This document shows, piece by piece, positions 47,707 to 58,012 of a stretch of DNA of 64,000 nucleotides. The position numbers were made by a program, and so were the translations under genes. Each line of letters begins with the position of its first letter. Within the stretch, counting starts at the first letter, position 1. The notes under the pieces were generated by a model, which worked only from the letters and a program-made list of their open reading frames with translations, ran no database searches and was not told where the DNA came from. The stretch lies in sequence record NC_049850.1; one strand, given 5' to 3'.

Positions 47707-48485
47707 ATGACGTACAATCAGTGGAAAGACAAGCTGTTCGAGATTTACCGTATGTATCGTGATACGGGGCGTGGTGCCGATGCACAACTGGCGATGGCCG
47801 CTGAATGCCATCGAGCCCTCCACTTGGAGAGCGTGACTTACGAGTTAGTGGTGACTCCGCATGACATGACCAGCTTTACCATTGACATGTACATCAAGGA
47901 CCCCGACGAGCCCGAGTTCTTGGTCCATGAGCAGTTCTCGGATACGACGATGGGCGAATGGGCGATGCTGAATTCTCTGATGACCGATTTCGATGTACAA
48001 CACGAAGGAGCAATGTATGGCAACTAAGAATCACGCACCCGAATTTCTCGTCACCGTCGACGCGCAGAGCAAGGCAACAGCCGTACTCGAAGTGCAGATC
48101 ACGTCGAAGCTGGATCGTAGTCTGGTGAATCGTGCGGCTGGCCTGTATGGCTTCTTTCAGGTAAGCGGTGAAGAGGCCGCTGACATCGTATCGAGCGGCG
48201 TGGCGCTCACCAAGTTGCCGTCCGTCCTGTCGCTCGTGGGCTTCGGTGCCGCGAACCTGAAACCGAAGCGGCTGTTCCCGGACACTGGGGCGTTTCCGTT
48301 CGGCAAACCCGAGGGCGCGTATGTCGTCTGACTCACGGATCAAGCTTCCGCGCGAACTGGAGGCCGCGATCCACAAGCGTCTGGTTCCGCTGTTGTACAA
48401 GCGCGATCAGGGCCGGGTGATGGGCGTGATCCGCGAAGAGTTCAGCCGGTATTTCGCGCAGCAACAGAAACCCACGCATCAATGA
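47707..48485 (+). CDS. Three hypothetical proteins (47707-48027, 48017-48331, 48321-48485)
   Basis: RBSs; last ORF (54 aa) found by manual translation. Confidence 0.65.
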
Positions 48486-48510
48486 AAAAGGGCCCAAATG
48501 GGCCCTTTTC
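48485..48510. terminator. Bidirectional terminator at the convergence of the two gene blocks
   Basis: AAAAAGGGCCC-AAAT-GGGCCCTTTT. Confidence 0.85.
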
Positions 48511-48605
48511 TGTATCTGATGTATGCTGAGTCACTTTGGCTCTTTTAGGCCCTGTACGGTGCGTTTTTAATGAAGAAAACAGCATCCTACAGGGCCTTGT
48601 TACGT

Positions 48606-50486
48606 CTAGCTCTTGAGCGCGGCACGCCGGTTCTTCAGCAGCGCAATTTCCGCCTCGATCTCGTGGTTGCCGGGATCGCGTTCCAGCTTCTTGTTGAGAC
48701 GCACGATCTTGGCGCTGAGGCTTCGGTACAGCTTGATATTGTCGCCCATGGATTCAGCGAACCTGCTGCTGCGTGCCGCCTGATTGACGACGCGTGCTTC
48801 GTGCTTCTCCTGAGCCGTTGCCCCGTTGTACGACCAGCGGTGCATTGAGCCCAGCGCCTCAGTCGTGTCGACCGCGATCTTCGGGTAGTTGTGCATGCGG
48901 GCCCGGACTTTTTCCGCAAGCCCCATAGTCGACACAATGGCCAACATACGCTTCTTCGTGTTGTGGTTCCGAATGTTCCCGCGACCAAGAGACTGGATCG
49001 CCTTGTCGACCACATAGTCCTCTGCCACGTCATAGTCAGGCAGCAGCGCGGTCAGCAGTTGATCGAGCAGCGGTGGCGGATTGATGGCGGCCAAGAAGGC
49101 AACGACGTTCGAGTGCATGAACTCGTTACGTCCCTCGACGGCACCCACGCTCAGGTGATGGTAATACTTGCGGTTGAACGCGTGGCTCAGATACTCCTTG
49201 TTGACGACGACCACGCCCTGCTGCACCACGTTGTCACGTTTGACCGGAGCATTGTCTTTCCACCACGACTTGATCAATCGGTTGCTGGATTTCACCATCC
49301 ACGCAAACACGTCGACCTCGCACCCGATTTCGCGCATGTACGATTCGAGTTCGATTTGCTCGGGTTGCAGAATCCCCTTCTGCACGTCGGGATCGCGTTT
49401 GGCCCGCACCAAGTCCTGCAAGTGCTCGGTCGTCACACCCAACTCTTCCATCTTCAGCTTGAACGGCATCAGCTTTTCCACCGGCATGATGACGCCGCGA
49501 TCCAACTGGTTCTTGCTCGGCATCGCCTTGTCCATGAGAAGTGGGACAATCGTCAGCTTCTCGTATCGGGCACTGACCTCCGAATGGGCCTTACCAAAAC
49601 CGCCCGGCAGATGCTTGTTCAGGAATCGGTCGGTCTCGTTCTGGACTTGACAGCCCTCCATCTTCAGCAGGTGGTACATCTGACTGTTCTCGAAGTCGGC
49701 ACTCATGATCATGACGCTCTTGAAGCCCACGAACGGCTGGCTGGGCAACGTGATCCCGATGAACGAGCGCTTGGAGCCGTGGCCACGGAACGATCCGAAC
49801 ATCTGCATGCGCACCGGCCCATCATCACCAGTACGCAGCGCGTCGTATATGTTGACGAGCGTGCCAAACGACCGCGCGTCGCCCTTCATCTTCACGAGAC
49901 TGGCCAACCGGTTTGCGGGCAGCGAACGCGCGCGCAGCGTCATCAGGCCCTGCGCCTTCTTCCCGGTAACGCTGACGAGTTCTTCGGTATCGAACAGTTG
50001 GTGGAACAGGCGCTCGGTGGGCTCGTCGAACGTCATGTTCATGTTCTCGGTCACCCACTTGCGCGACTCGTCGAATATGACAGTCGTTTCCTTGAACTTC
50101 GGGTGTCGGCGCAACTTGATGAAGGCCGCGTGTGTCAGGAACAGAATCGAGCCCGGCAGAAATGGGAGCGGGGCCTTGGTGTCAGTCGAGCGCCCGTCGA
50201 GCGCGGCCCGGATTCTCTCGTCGACGGTGGCCGTGGTCGACGTGTGTTTGTCGGCCGAGCGCGCGTACTCAGCACGTATCATTCGCTGCTCGTTCTCGTC
50301 GAGCAGGGCCCGGAGATTACCCAGCGTCTGACGCAACAGGGCTTGGGTCGGAGCCACGTAGAAAATGTAGCCCGTGCCCTTGACGCCCCTCATGCCACGA
50401 CGGATGTGCTTGGCCATGAAGTTGACGGCGGCCCGAGTCTTGCCAAGTCCGGGAACGCCGGACACGTATTGAACGGTAATGGTCAT
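48606..50486 (-). CDS. SF2 helicase-like protein, candidate origin-binding protein
   Basis: GVPGLGKT Walker A at the extreme N-terminus, YVAPTQALL (Ia), FLTHAAF (Ib), VIFDES (II), IQSLGRGNIR (VI); likely start 50486, not 50645. Confidence 0.7.
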   Translation of the reverse strand: MTITVQYVSGVPGLGKTRAAVNFMAKHIRRGMRGVKGTGYIFYVAPTQALLRQTLGNLRALLDENEQRMIRAEYARSADKHTSTTATVDERIRAALDGRSTDTKAPLPFLPGSILFLTHAAFIKLRRHPKFKETTVIFDESRKWVTENMNMTFDEPTERLFHQLFDTEELVSVTGKKAQGLMTLRARSLPANRLASLVKMKGDARSFGTLVNIYDALRTGDDGPVRMQMFGSFRGHGSKRSFIGITLPSQPFVGFKSVMIMSADFENSQMYHLLKMEGCQVQNETDRFLNKHLPGGFGKAHSEVSARYEKLTIVPLLMDKAMPSKNQLDRGVIMPVEKLMPFKLKMEELGVTTEHLQDLVRAKRDPDVQKGILQPEQIELESYMREIGCEVDVFAWMVKSSNRLIKSWWKDNAPVKRDNVVQQGVVVVNKEYLSHAFNRKYYHHLSVGAVEGRNEFMHSNVVAFLAAINPPPLLDQLLTALLPDYDVAEDYVVDKAIQSLGRGNIRNHNTKKRMLAIVSTMGLAEKVRARMHNYPKIAVDTTEALGSMHRWSYNGATAQEKHEARVVNQAARSSRFAESMGDNIKLYRSLSAKIVRLNKKLERDPGNHEIEAEIALLKNRRAALKS

Positions 50487-51055
50487 TTGTAGAAACGTAC
50501 AAACGGTTGAGGTACTGTAAAATTGGGGATCGGGGGTCAGGTCATGGCTCGGGTCCTCTAGGACGCGGAAATAAGGTGAAAAAGTGCAATAATTGAGGTA
50601 GGTGTAGAAACGCCTCGCTCCTAAATACATTAAGGAGTGACCCATTTACACGCAGGGTGGGTTCGGGAGGGGCGCAGCCCCTTCCGGTGGGGTGAGCGCA
50701 GCGAACCCCTCACCGATCAATTCACGCAGCAACGTGTTCAACAAGGGGTCTCGTGTCTGCTCTGGGAATGCGTGTCGCTTCGCTCCACGCTGCCCACTCG
50801 CTTCGCTCGTGATTGCTGTCGCTCAGCCGGGGCTGCGCCCCGTCAACCTAGGTGCCCGGCCCGAACGTGGTTTTGACGCATTCTATTAGGAGTGGGTCGT
50901 TTATACTCACGCTCCTGAAATGCTAGTTTTTATGCTTATTTTGAAAAACAACGAAAAACCCCAAAAACGAGGGTTCTTGGGGTCTTGATGTGTGTTCCCT
51001 TACTTTGCGGTTTTAAGCATCGATTCCGCGTGTTTTTAATGAGAAAAACTACACG
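50487..51055. repeat. Non-coding region with GCG(A/C)AGC mini-hairpins, a 13-bp inverted repeat, short direct repeats and an AT-rich flank
   Basis: GGGGCGCAGCCCC 50669-81 / GGGGCTGCGCCCC 50829-41; GCGCAGC 50696; GCTTCGC 50777 and 50800; TGTAGAAACG x2; TTGAGGTA x2. Confidence 0.8.
50940..50985 (-). terminator. Intrinsic terminator (minus strand)
   Basis: Minus strand reads ACCCCAAGAAC-CCTC-GTTTTTGGGGT followed by TTTTCGTTGTTTTT. Confidence 0.6.
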
Positions 51056-52322
51056 CTATTCGGGCTTAATCTGGGCTCCACATGACGGGCAGAAGTTGAG
51101 GTGTACGACCTTCCTCACGTTCCAGTCCCCGTACTCGATGGTGTGCTCCCACAGTTCGACGAACGGGTCGTAGGTCCGCAACTGATCCGTGACCCCGAGC
51201 CCGGCCCTTACGTCTTGCAGGTATTGTGCACGCTCCGTGCAGCACGCCGTCATCAGTCTAGGTCCGCACGCAGTTGCGTGTACAGGTCGACCGCCTTCTT
51301 GGTCGGCGCGTACGCCTGCTCGAACGAGCGGCCGCCATCCGCAAGCGTCGCCTGCATGATCGGGACCGCGAACCCGTTCTCGACCAGAAAGTCGACGGAC
51401 GCCGGGTTGATCGTGGACTGGGCGACGGGCCCGTGGTCGATCATGACGTTGAGCGTGTTGATCACGGCCTGCAACCGATCCTGAGACAGGTCGATGAATT
51501 CGTACGTCAGATCGTCGTACTCGTGAACATGCGTCATCACGTCACGCAGATCGCGGTAGATTTCGTTGACCGTGCTGCTCGCCACCTGCGCGAGACGCGG
51601 CAGGATGCTCGTGTGCACGACGTGGGCCAGATGGGAGAGCCGGGCCATGCGCTGACCCACGATCAGTTCTGCTGCTGTTTGCGTTGTCATGCTTTTCTCC
51701 TTAGAACATTTCCAGTTCGGCGTTGGCGGACACGAAATACGTCTCACCACACTCGTCGCATTTCTGCTCGACGCCGCGCGGATCGCCGTACCAGCCGTCC
51801 TGCTCTTCGCCGCAGTACGGGCAGTTGATGTGCATGGCCTTGACCGTGACCGTCTGCACGATACGATGGTCATCGGCCGTGGTCGGCGGTTTCTTACCGG
51901 CCAACAGCCCGGTTTCCTTGTCGCTCATTTTCTCTCCTTGCGTTGTAAGTTTCGATCTGCATCAGATGACGACGCACTTCCACCAACGTCGAGTGAAAGT
52001 TGCGGCGCACGCGACTCTGGTTCCCAAGCAGGTAGAAAATCTCATATCCGGTTTCCCATTCGTAGCTGCCATCCAGTTGCTGAACGCGACCGGCCCACGG
52101 ACGAAAGTGCGGCTTTTCACGAATCTGGGCGGCAGTACGCGGGCACCCGGTCCCCGGATGGCGCACCATCCTGTTGGCCGAGAGCATGGCGTGCACCCGC
52201 CCGATTGCGCCGTCGAGCGTGCGGTGTACGGTGGTGCGCGGACGCTGCTGCATCCCACACGTGCCTCGCACGGTCCATCGACCCTGCTGAAACTTCATAT
52301 GCGGCTTCGGGTGGTATCGCAT
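51056..52322 (-). CDS. Four hypothetical proteins (51056-51253 and 51701-51928 Cys-rich; 51253-51690; 51894-52322)
   Basis: RBSs; CPSCG and CPYCG...CDECG motifs. Confidence 0.65.
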
Positions 52323-52348
52323 GTTACCTCCGTTGAATAGATGCCGCC

Positions 52349-52377
52349 ATTCTAGCGATAGCCGATCACGTGGTCAA
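52349..52377 (-). promoter_or_regulatory. sigma70-type promoter
   Basis: Minus strand TTGACC-N17-TAGAAT. Confidence 0.8.
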
Positions 52378-53081
52378 GAACTTCTTACGCTTGTAATCCC
52401 AGCCGAGCGCCGTGTAGAAGTTCCAGATGTTGCCGTGCGTGTTCTTCTCGATCTGGCGCAGAGGGTTGTTCTCGATTCCGTGTGTACTGTCGTAGAACTC
52501 AAGCTGGAACTTCCAATCGTCCTCGAACTGCATGTTCCAGAAACCACGGTCGAGTCGCTTCTTCGCGTAGAACGCGCTACCGGCTACCCTCTGCCAATGA
52601 TGGACCCATGCGCCAAGCGTCTGGTTCGAGCGTCGGTAATCCGGGTCGCCGTACCCCGGGATCAGCACTACGTGCACGTTGGTTAGGACACGCGTCGCGT
52701 ATTCCGGCTCGTGATACTCAACGAAGTGCACGCGTCTCATGCTCGAAATTCCAATGTTGTCCAGTTCCACCCGATACTGGTGAAAAAGTCGTAGATCGAC
52801 CGATGGCTCTTGCTCTCGACATGCCGCAACGGATTGTCCGGCACGTAGTCCCAGCCGTCTGCGTACGCGTTCCAGTCACCGATGTCCATGTAGGTCGTGA
52901 ACTTCCGGAATCCGGGCACCCGGTTCTTCATGTTCTGGCGCACGCGTTCCACCTGCGCGCGACGCCAGCCGCTGAGTGCGGTAGCCGCGTGGTAGCGTCC
53001 GACTTCCCCGAGCCCGGGGATGCCAATGTCGTGCAACACGTGCGGCTGCGTACGCCACTCAAGCACGTAGATTCGATCCAT
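52366..53081 (-). CDS. Tandem paralogue pair (52737-53081 and 52366-52740)
   Basis: Shared IPGxG and NPLRxxExxxHxxIxxFxTxxGW motifs. Confidence 0.75.
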
Positions 53082-53089
53082 GTCTCTCC

Positions 53090-56000
53090 TTACCAGTTTT
53101 CGATCATCCAGTACACCCACGCCATCCGCGTCTTTCTGAGCAGCGGGTCGGCGTCGGTGGTCCGGATACGGTGCTGCCACCACAGCCACTCGTCCAGTCC
53201 GGAACAGCGGTCGAGTAACCGGGCGACACGGACGATCAGATTGTCGACCGCGTTGTTGATTTCTCGATCCGTGAACTCTTGGCGTAGGCCACCGGACGCC
53301 CGGTAGATGGCGCTGCACACACGGTCAGCCTGCCTGTCTTCGAGCCACATGTAGGCACGGCACAGGATACGGCGTTGCAAGTCCGTGATGCCAAGCTTTT
53401 CCGCGAACTCGATCTTTTGCTGTTCACCCCGCATCACCAGTTCTCCAACATGAACTGAGTCCACGCGATCCGCGACTCCTGAACCCACTTGTGATTCTGC
53501 GAATAGGCTGGGTAGCCGCGCCGTGCCAGCCAGTCCGTGTATGAGATACAGCAGTCGATTTCGTTGTGGATGCGCCGCGACAAATCGCGCTCGGCCGCAA
53601 ACATGGCACGACGCTCGGACGCTTTCGGCATCCGTTCCGCAACGATGTCGTTGACTCCATGTCCGATAGCGCCGCAGATGTACGTGTTGTTCCCGGCGCG
53701 CAGATGCTGGAGAGCACGAACCAACAGTTCTCGATGTAACTCGTTCATAACCAGTTCTCCAGCATGAAATCCATCCACGCGATCCGCGACTCACGCAGTT
53801 TCGCCGTGTCCTGATCATCGATGTGAACCTGACCAGTGTGATACAGCCACGCCGAATAGCTGCCAACCGGACTCAGGGCCGCGTGGATACGCGCGGTCAG
53901 CCGGTCTGTGGCCTCAGTCAGATACCGGAACTGATCGCGGCGTTCGCGCTCCGTGATCATGCCCGTCCGCTGCATTTGGTGGACACTGCGCATACATTCC
54001 TCACGTGCCTCGAACAGTGCAAAGCAGATCATGGAGTTACGGCCGTCGACCATGCGATCACGTGCGACGCGTAGCACACAGCGTGCCGTATATCGGATTT
54101 TTGCGTTGTTGAATTCTTCGGTCATACCCAGTTCTCCAGCATGAAATCCATCCACGCGATGCGGGTGGCGCGACGGGCCTCTACGCTACTGTGGCCCGTC
54201 CCGTACGGAATGCCGTGCCGCATTTGCAGCCACGAGTCTAAGGAACTTGCGCCCCCAAGCTCCTGACGAATGCGAGTCGCCAGTTTCTTGTGTGCGAGCC
54301 CGATGTATTCGAGCGCCGCAGCCCCATCTTCCACCGTGATCGTGCCCGCGTTCACCTTCTGCTCGACGATAGTGCTGTGTTCCTCAGCCACGTTTGCGAG
54401 GGCAAAACAAATCATGCTGCTCTGCTTTCGCACGATGCGGAGCCGCGCGCACACCAAGAGCAAACGTGCGTAGTTCTTAACGGCGTGAGCCTCTACAATA
54501 TCGTCGACTTCTTGTGTTTCGCTCATACCCAGTTCTCCAGCATAAAGTTGATCCACGCTAAACGCGTGGCCCGCATCGGGTCCATGAGTTCTCGGGCCCG
54601 GAGTCCACGCGGCAGATGCCCATTATTCAGAACCCACGACGTGAGCGACGTGTACCCCTGCAATTCGAGCAGGATGCGGTTATGCAGCGCGTCACGGGCC
54701 GCGTTCATCACGTCGATCACGTGGTTGCACTCGGTGGCCGACAGGCATCCGCGCAACAACGCGCTCCGGGCCGCAGCTACATGGTTGTCCTTTACGACCG
54801 AGATCGCGGCACAAATGTACTGCGACCGGCCTTCCTCGAATCGTTCGCGCGCCCCTTGCAACAGTGTCCGCGCCGCTGACCGAATTTCGTCATGCGTGGG
54901 CGTCATGCGGCCTCCACCTGCTCGATCATCCACTGGACCCATACGATGCGGGTCTCGCGGATTCCCTTCAGGTCGTAGTACGGATCGTTGCTGTTACGCA
55001 GTTGCCGGGACGACCAGCCGTTGAGCGTAGTGTACGGGTAGATCAGGATATTGATCCACGCACCCAGATCACGCCGGGCACACACGAGATCGTTCAGCGT
55101 GTAGTTCTGGTTCGGGAGCAGGAGATTCAGGTACTTGTAGGCGCGATCCAGTGCGTTGCACAGGAACTCTTCATCCTTGTTGCGGATATAGCCCTTCGCC
55201 AATTGCAGCAGCCGGATTTTCAGCGCTTTGTGTTGCATGGTCACCTCCAAAAGAAAACGAGTTGCAAGAATACAGCGCGGGCCGTACCTTGTCAACTCGT
55301 TTTCATCACTTCCAGTTATCCAGCATCCACTGAATCCACGCGATCCGCGTTTCTTGTGTGAGCGCTGCCGGAAGGTAGCGCTGGTTGTAGCCGGTTTCCT
55401 TCTCGATGTACGATTCCAGTGTCCACCGGAAACCCATCTGATCGCGCTCGGCACCCATGGCCGCAGCCAGAATTCCATACACGTGCTCGCGCAGGTCCTC
55501 GGCGGTATCGACCATGTTGCGCTCACGCCCGATCTTGGAGATCAGGCAGCACACGAAGTCGTCACCACGCAGCAGCCGTCGCTGTGCCTCTTCCAGAATC
55601 TGGCGGTATTCAGCCTTCATGCGACTGCTCCGGATGCTTGAGGCGGCCACGTGGTTCCTCGTCGTTTTCCGCGCGCTCGACACCGACCGTGTAATTCGCA
55701 GTCGAGGCCGTTACGGTGGCCAGCACCGCAGTAAGTTCGACCGGCGTCAGCCCGTGCTTGGAGCCGAGGCCCTGCATGAACGTGTACAGTTCTGAGGTTG
55801 CGAGTGCGACACCCCAATGTCGCTCGTGAATCGGCATCAGTCCCATTATGCCCAGTTCTCCATCATGTAGGTGAGCCACTGGACACGCGTTTCCTTCATG
55901 TCGCGCTTGTCCAGACGTTGGTGACCCGTGCACAGGCGCACGAAGTCGTCGAGGACAACCGGCTGATCTTCCGGGGTCCGTGTGCAGTTACGCAGAATCT

Positions 56001-58012
56001 GCGTCACGTGCGTGCGCAGCACCTCAGCCGCGTCCGGCGCGTTCAGGTGGTTGCCAGCGATACGGATGGCCGTACACACGAGCATCACACTGTCCGTCTC
56101 GATCAGATCGCGCGCCTTTTCCAGAATGCGGTAGTAGGTGTCACGCATCTGCATCTTCCCCTTCCTGCTCTTGTTCCTCGGCCGCGATGCGCGGCAATTC
56201 GCGGGTGAAATCGATATCCTGCTCCACCATCCACCGGGCCCAAATGGCACGCGTCTGCTGGAGGTCTTCGAACACAAGTCCCGCTGCCTCGTACCCGTGG
56301 ACGCGGTGAAGCCATGCTTCGAGCGTGCCCCCATCACCCAGCACCTTACTGATGTACCACACAATCTCGCTGGCTTCTGCGCTGATGGTGGTGCCCTCGA
56401 TTTCCAGCGCGTTGAAGAACGAACCGGGGCCCTCGACCTCGGCGCGGGCACGCTGCTCGCGATTAATCTGGACAGCCGCCCCCTCGATTGCGTGGCACAG
56501 GAACGAGTGGACGTTACCGCAATGCGAATTCTGGCCCGGGCCATTTTCGAGCACCAGTTCTGCGGCACGCAGCAGAAGTTGCTTTTGGATTTCTTTCATC
56601 GTCATTCTCCCATCATGTGACGGAGCCACGCGAGGCGGCCAAGCTTAGCGCGTTCGTTGCACGTGCTGCCGCGCGGTACTCCCAAGGTGTACGCCACCCA
56701 GCTTTCGTAGGTATTGAAACCCTTGATCTGGGACTGAACGAACCGCACCAGTTCTGCACCGGCCTGAACGTACTCACGCTGCTCATCCGTAGTCAGTCGG
56801 GCCGCCGGATTGTCGATGAATCCGGCGCTGCGCCCCGTCAGAATGTTGGCGGCACCCTCGATTGCGTGGCACAGGAAGTGGTGCTGATCGTACTGCGCGG
56901 ACGCGATCACCAGTTGGTGGGCGAGCGCCAGAATCTCGTATTTCTTGCTCTTCATTGCCAGTTGTTCTCCATCATCCACGTGATCCACGCAAGGCGCGTT
57001 GCCCGCATCTTCACTTGTTGTTCGGGGCCCGCCATGCTGGCCAGCGTCAGTTCCGGATGCCCGTTTTCGCGCAGCCACACTTCGAGCGTGTGGGCGCGTG
57101 AGCCGTCCTTCAACTCCAGCAGGTTACCGATGTGGTAGTCGATATCCAACTCTGCGATATGATACGCTTCTTGCTCCTGCGCCGTCAAATCAGCCGTGAG
57201 TTGGGTGACTGCCCACTGAACGGCGCTGCACACGAATTCCTCGTTGCGCGCCTGAATCAGGTCCCATGCGGCCCGCAGGATTTCCCGGTGAATGTTCTTC
57301 TGCATCACCAGTTCTCCAGCATGTGCCGTACCCACGCGATGCGAACTTCACGCGTTCGCACGATGTGCTCGACTTTCGTCACCAGATCGTAAAGCGGAAT
57401 GCCCAGCTTCTTTTCCAGATAACTGTCGATGGTGCAGGAACCCGGGACCTCGCGGTCGAGAGCCGCGTTGATCGAGTTGTAGAGGGAGCGCGAGGCCACG
57501 CGCATTTCCTGCGAGCGCGCTGTCGGCCAACGCCACACGGCACGGTGGTCGACAGAATCGCCGCCCAGCGCGCTACCCGCGCTGGCCACATGGCCGCAGA
57601 TCAGGGTTCGCTGGTCGACCGGTGTTGCGATAAGCCTTTCGAGTACCACTTCGAGGATTTCACGTTCTTGCGATGTCAGCATCCATTAACTCCAGTTGTC
57701 GAGCATCCACGTGATCCACGCGATGCGGGTTTCTCTTAGTGCCTGCTCCTGCGCACGCTGCTCCGTGTACGACAGATTCCACGGATCGTTCCGGATATGG
57801 CCGTGCTTCACGAGCCACGTGTTGAGCGAATGGGAGCCCTCCAGCAGCGTCGCGATCCGGGCCTTGATGGATTCTGCGGCATGTTTAGCGACTGCCGTAC
57901 CATCGGCCTTCGCGTACCGGTCGACGGCGACGCAGATGTACGTGTACCGCTTGCACGCGATGTCGGCTCGCGCCCATAGCAGCAGGTCGATTTCCTTGCT
58001 AGTCAGCTTCAT
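53090..58012 (-). CDS. Tandem array of 13 paralogous 102-154 aa genes plus one unrelated 78-aa ORF (55610-55846)
   Basis: Members: 57686-58012, 57305-57682, 56952-57305, 56602-56955, 56141-56605, 55846-56154, 55306-55620, 54903-55238, 54523-54906, 54122-54526, 53745-54125, 53434-53748, 53090-53434. Shared (I/L/V)CxA, (T/S)LxxW and RxxRxAWxxxMxxxW. Confidence 0.9.
55267..55295 (-). promoter_or_regulatory. sigma70-type promoter inside the array, enclosed by an inverted repeat
   Basis: Minus strand TTGACA-N17-TATTCT; arms AAAACGAGTTGCAAG (55254-68) and CTTGTCAACTCGTTTT (55288-303). Confidence 0.8.

Noticed and set aside
48548-48596. GGCCCTGTA / TACAGGGCC inverted repeat downstream of the helicase-like gene
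   Set aside because: Long A/T loop and no clear U-tract; may be an accessory terminator but cannot be supported further
50487-50876. N-terminal extension of the 679-aa ORF to 50645, and the 79-aa + ORF 50637-50876
   Set aside because: Extension is compositionally atypical and precedes the Walker A start; the + ORF runs through the hairpin cluster with the AAGGAG abutting its start codon
53745-54556. Track ORF extensions starting MDGFHAGEL / MDQLYAGEL
   Set aside because: These are the upstream paralogue's conserved 3' cassette read in another frame; true starts are the ATGs overlapping the stops
53090-58012. CRISPR array or diversity-generating retroelement as explanation of the repeats
   Set aside because: Repeats are degenerate, in-frame gene ends spaced 300-460 nt apart. 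There are no identical repeat-spacer units, no reverse transcriptase, and no adenine-specific TR/VR pair
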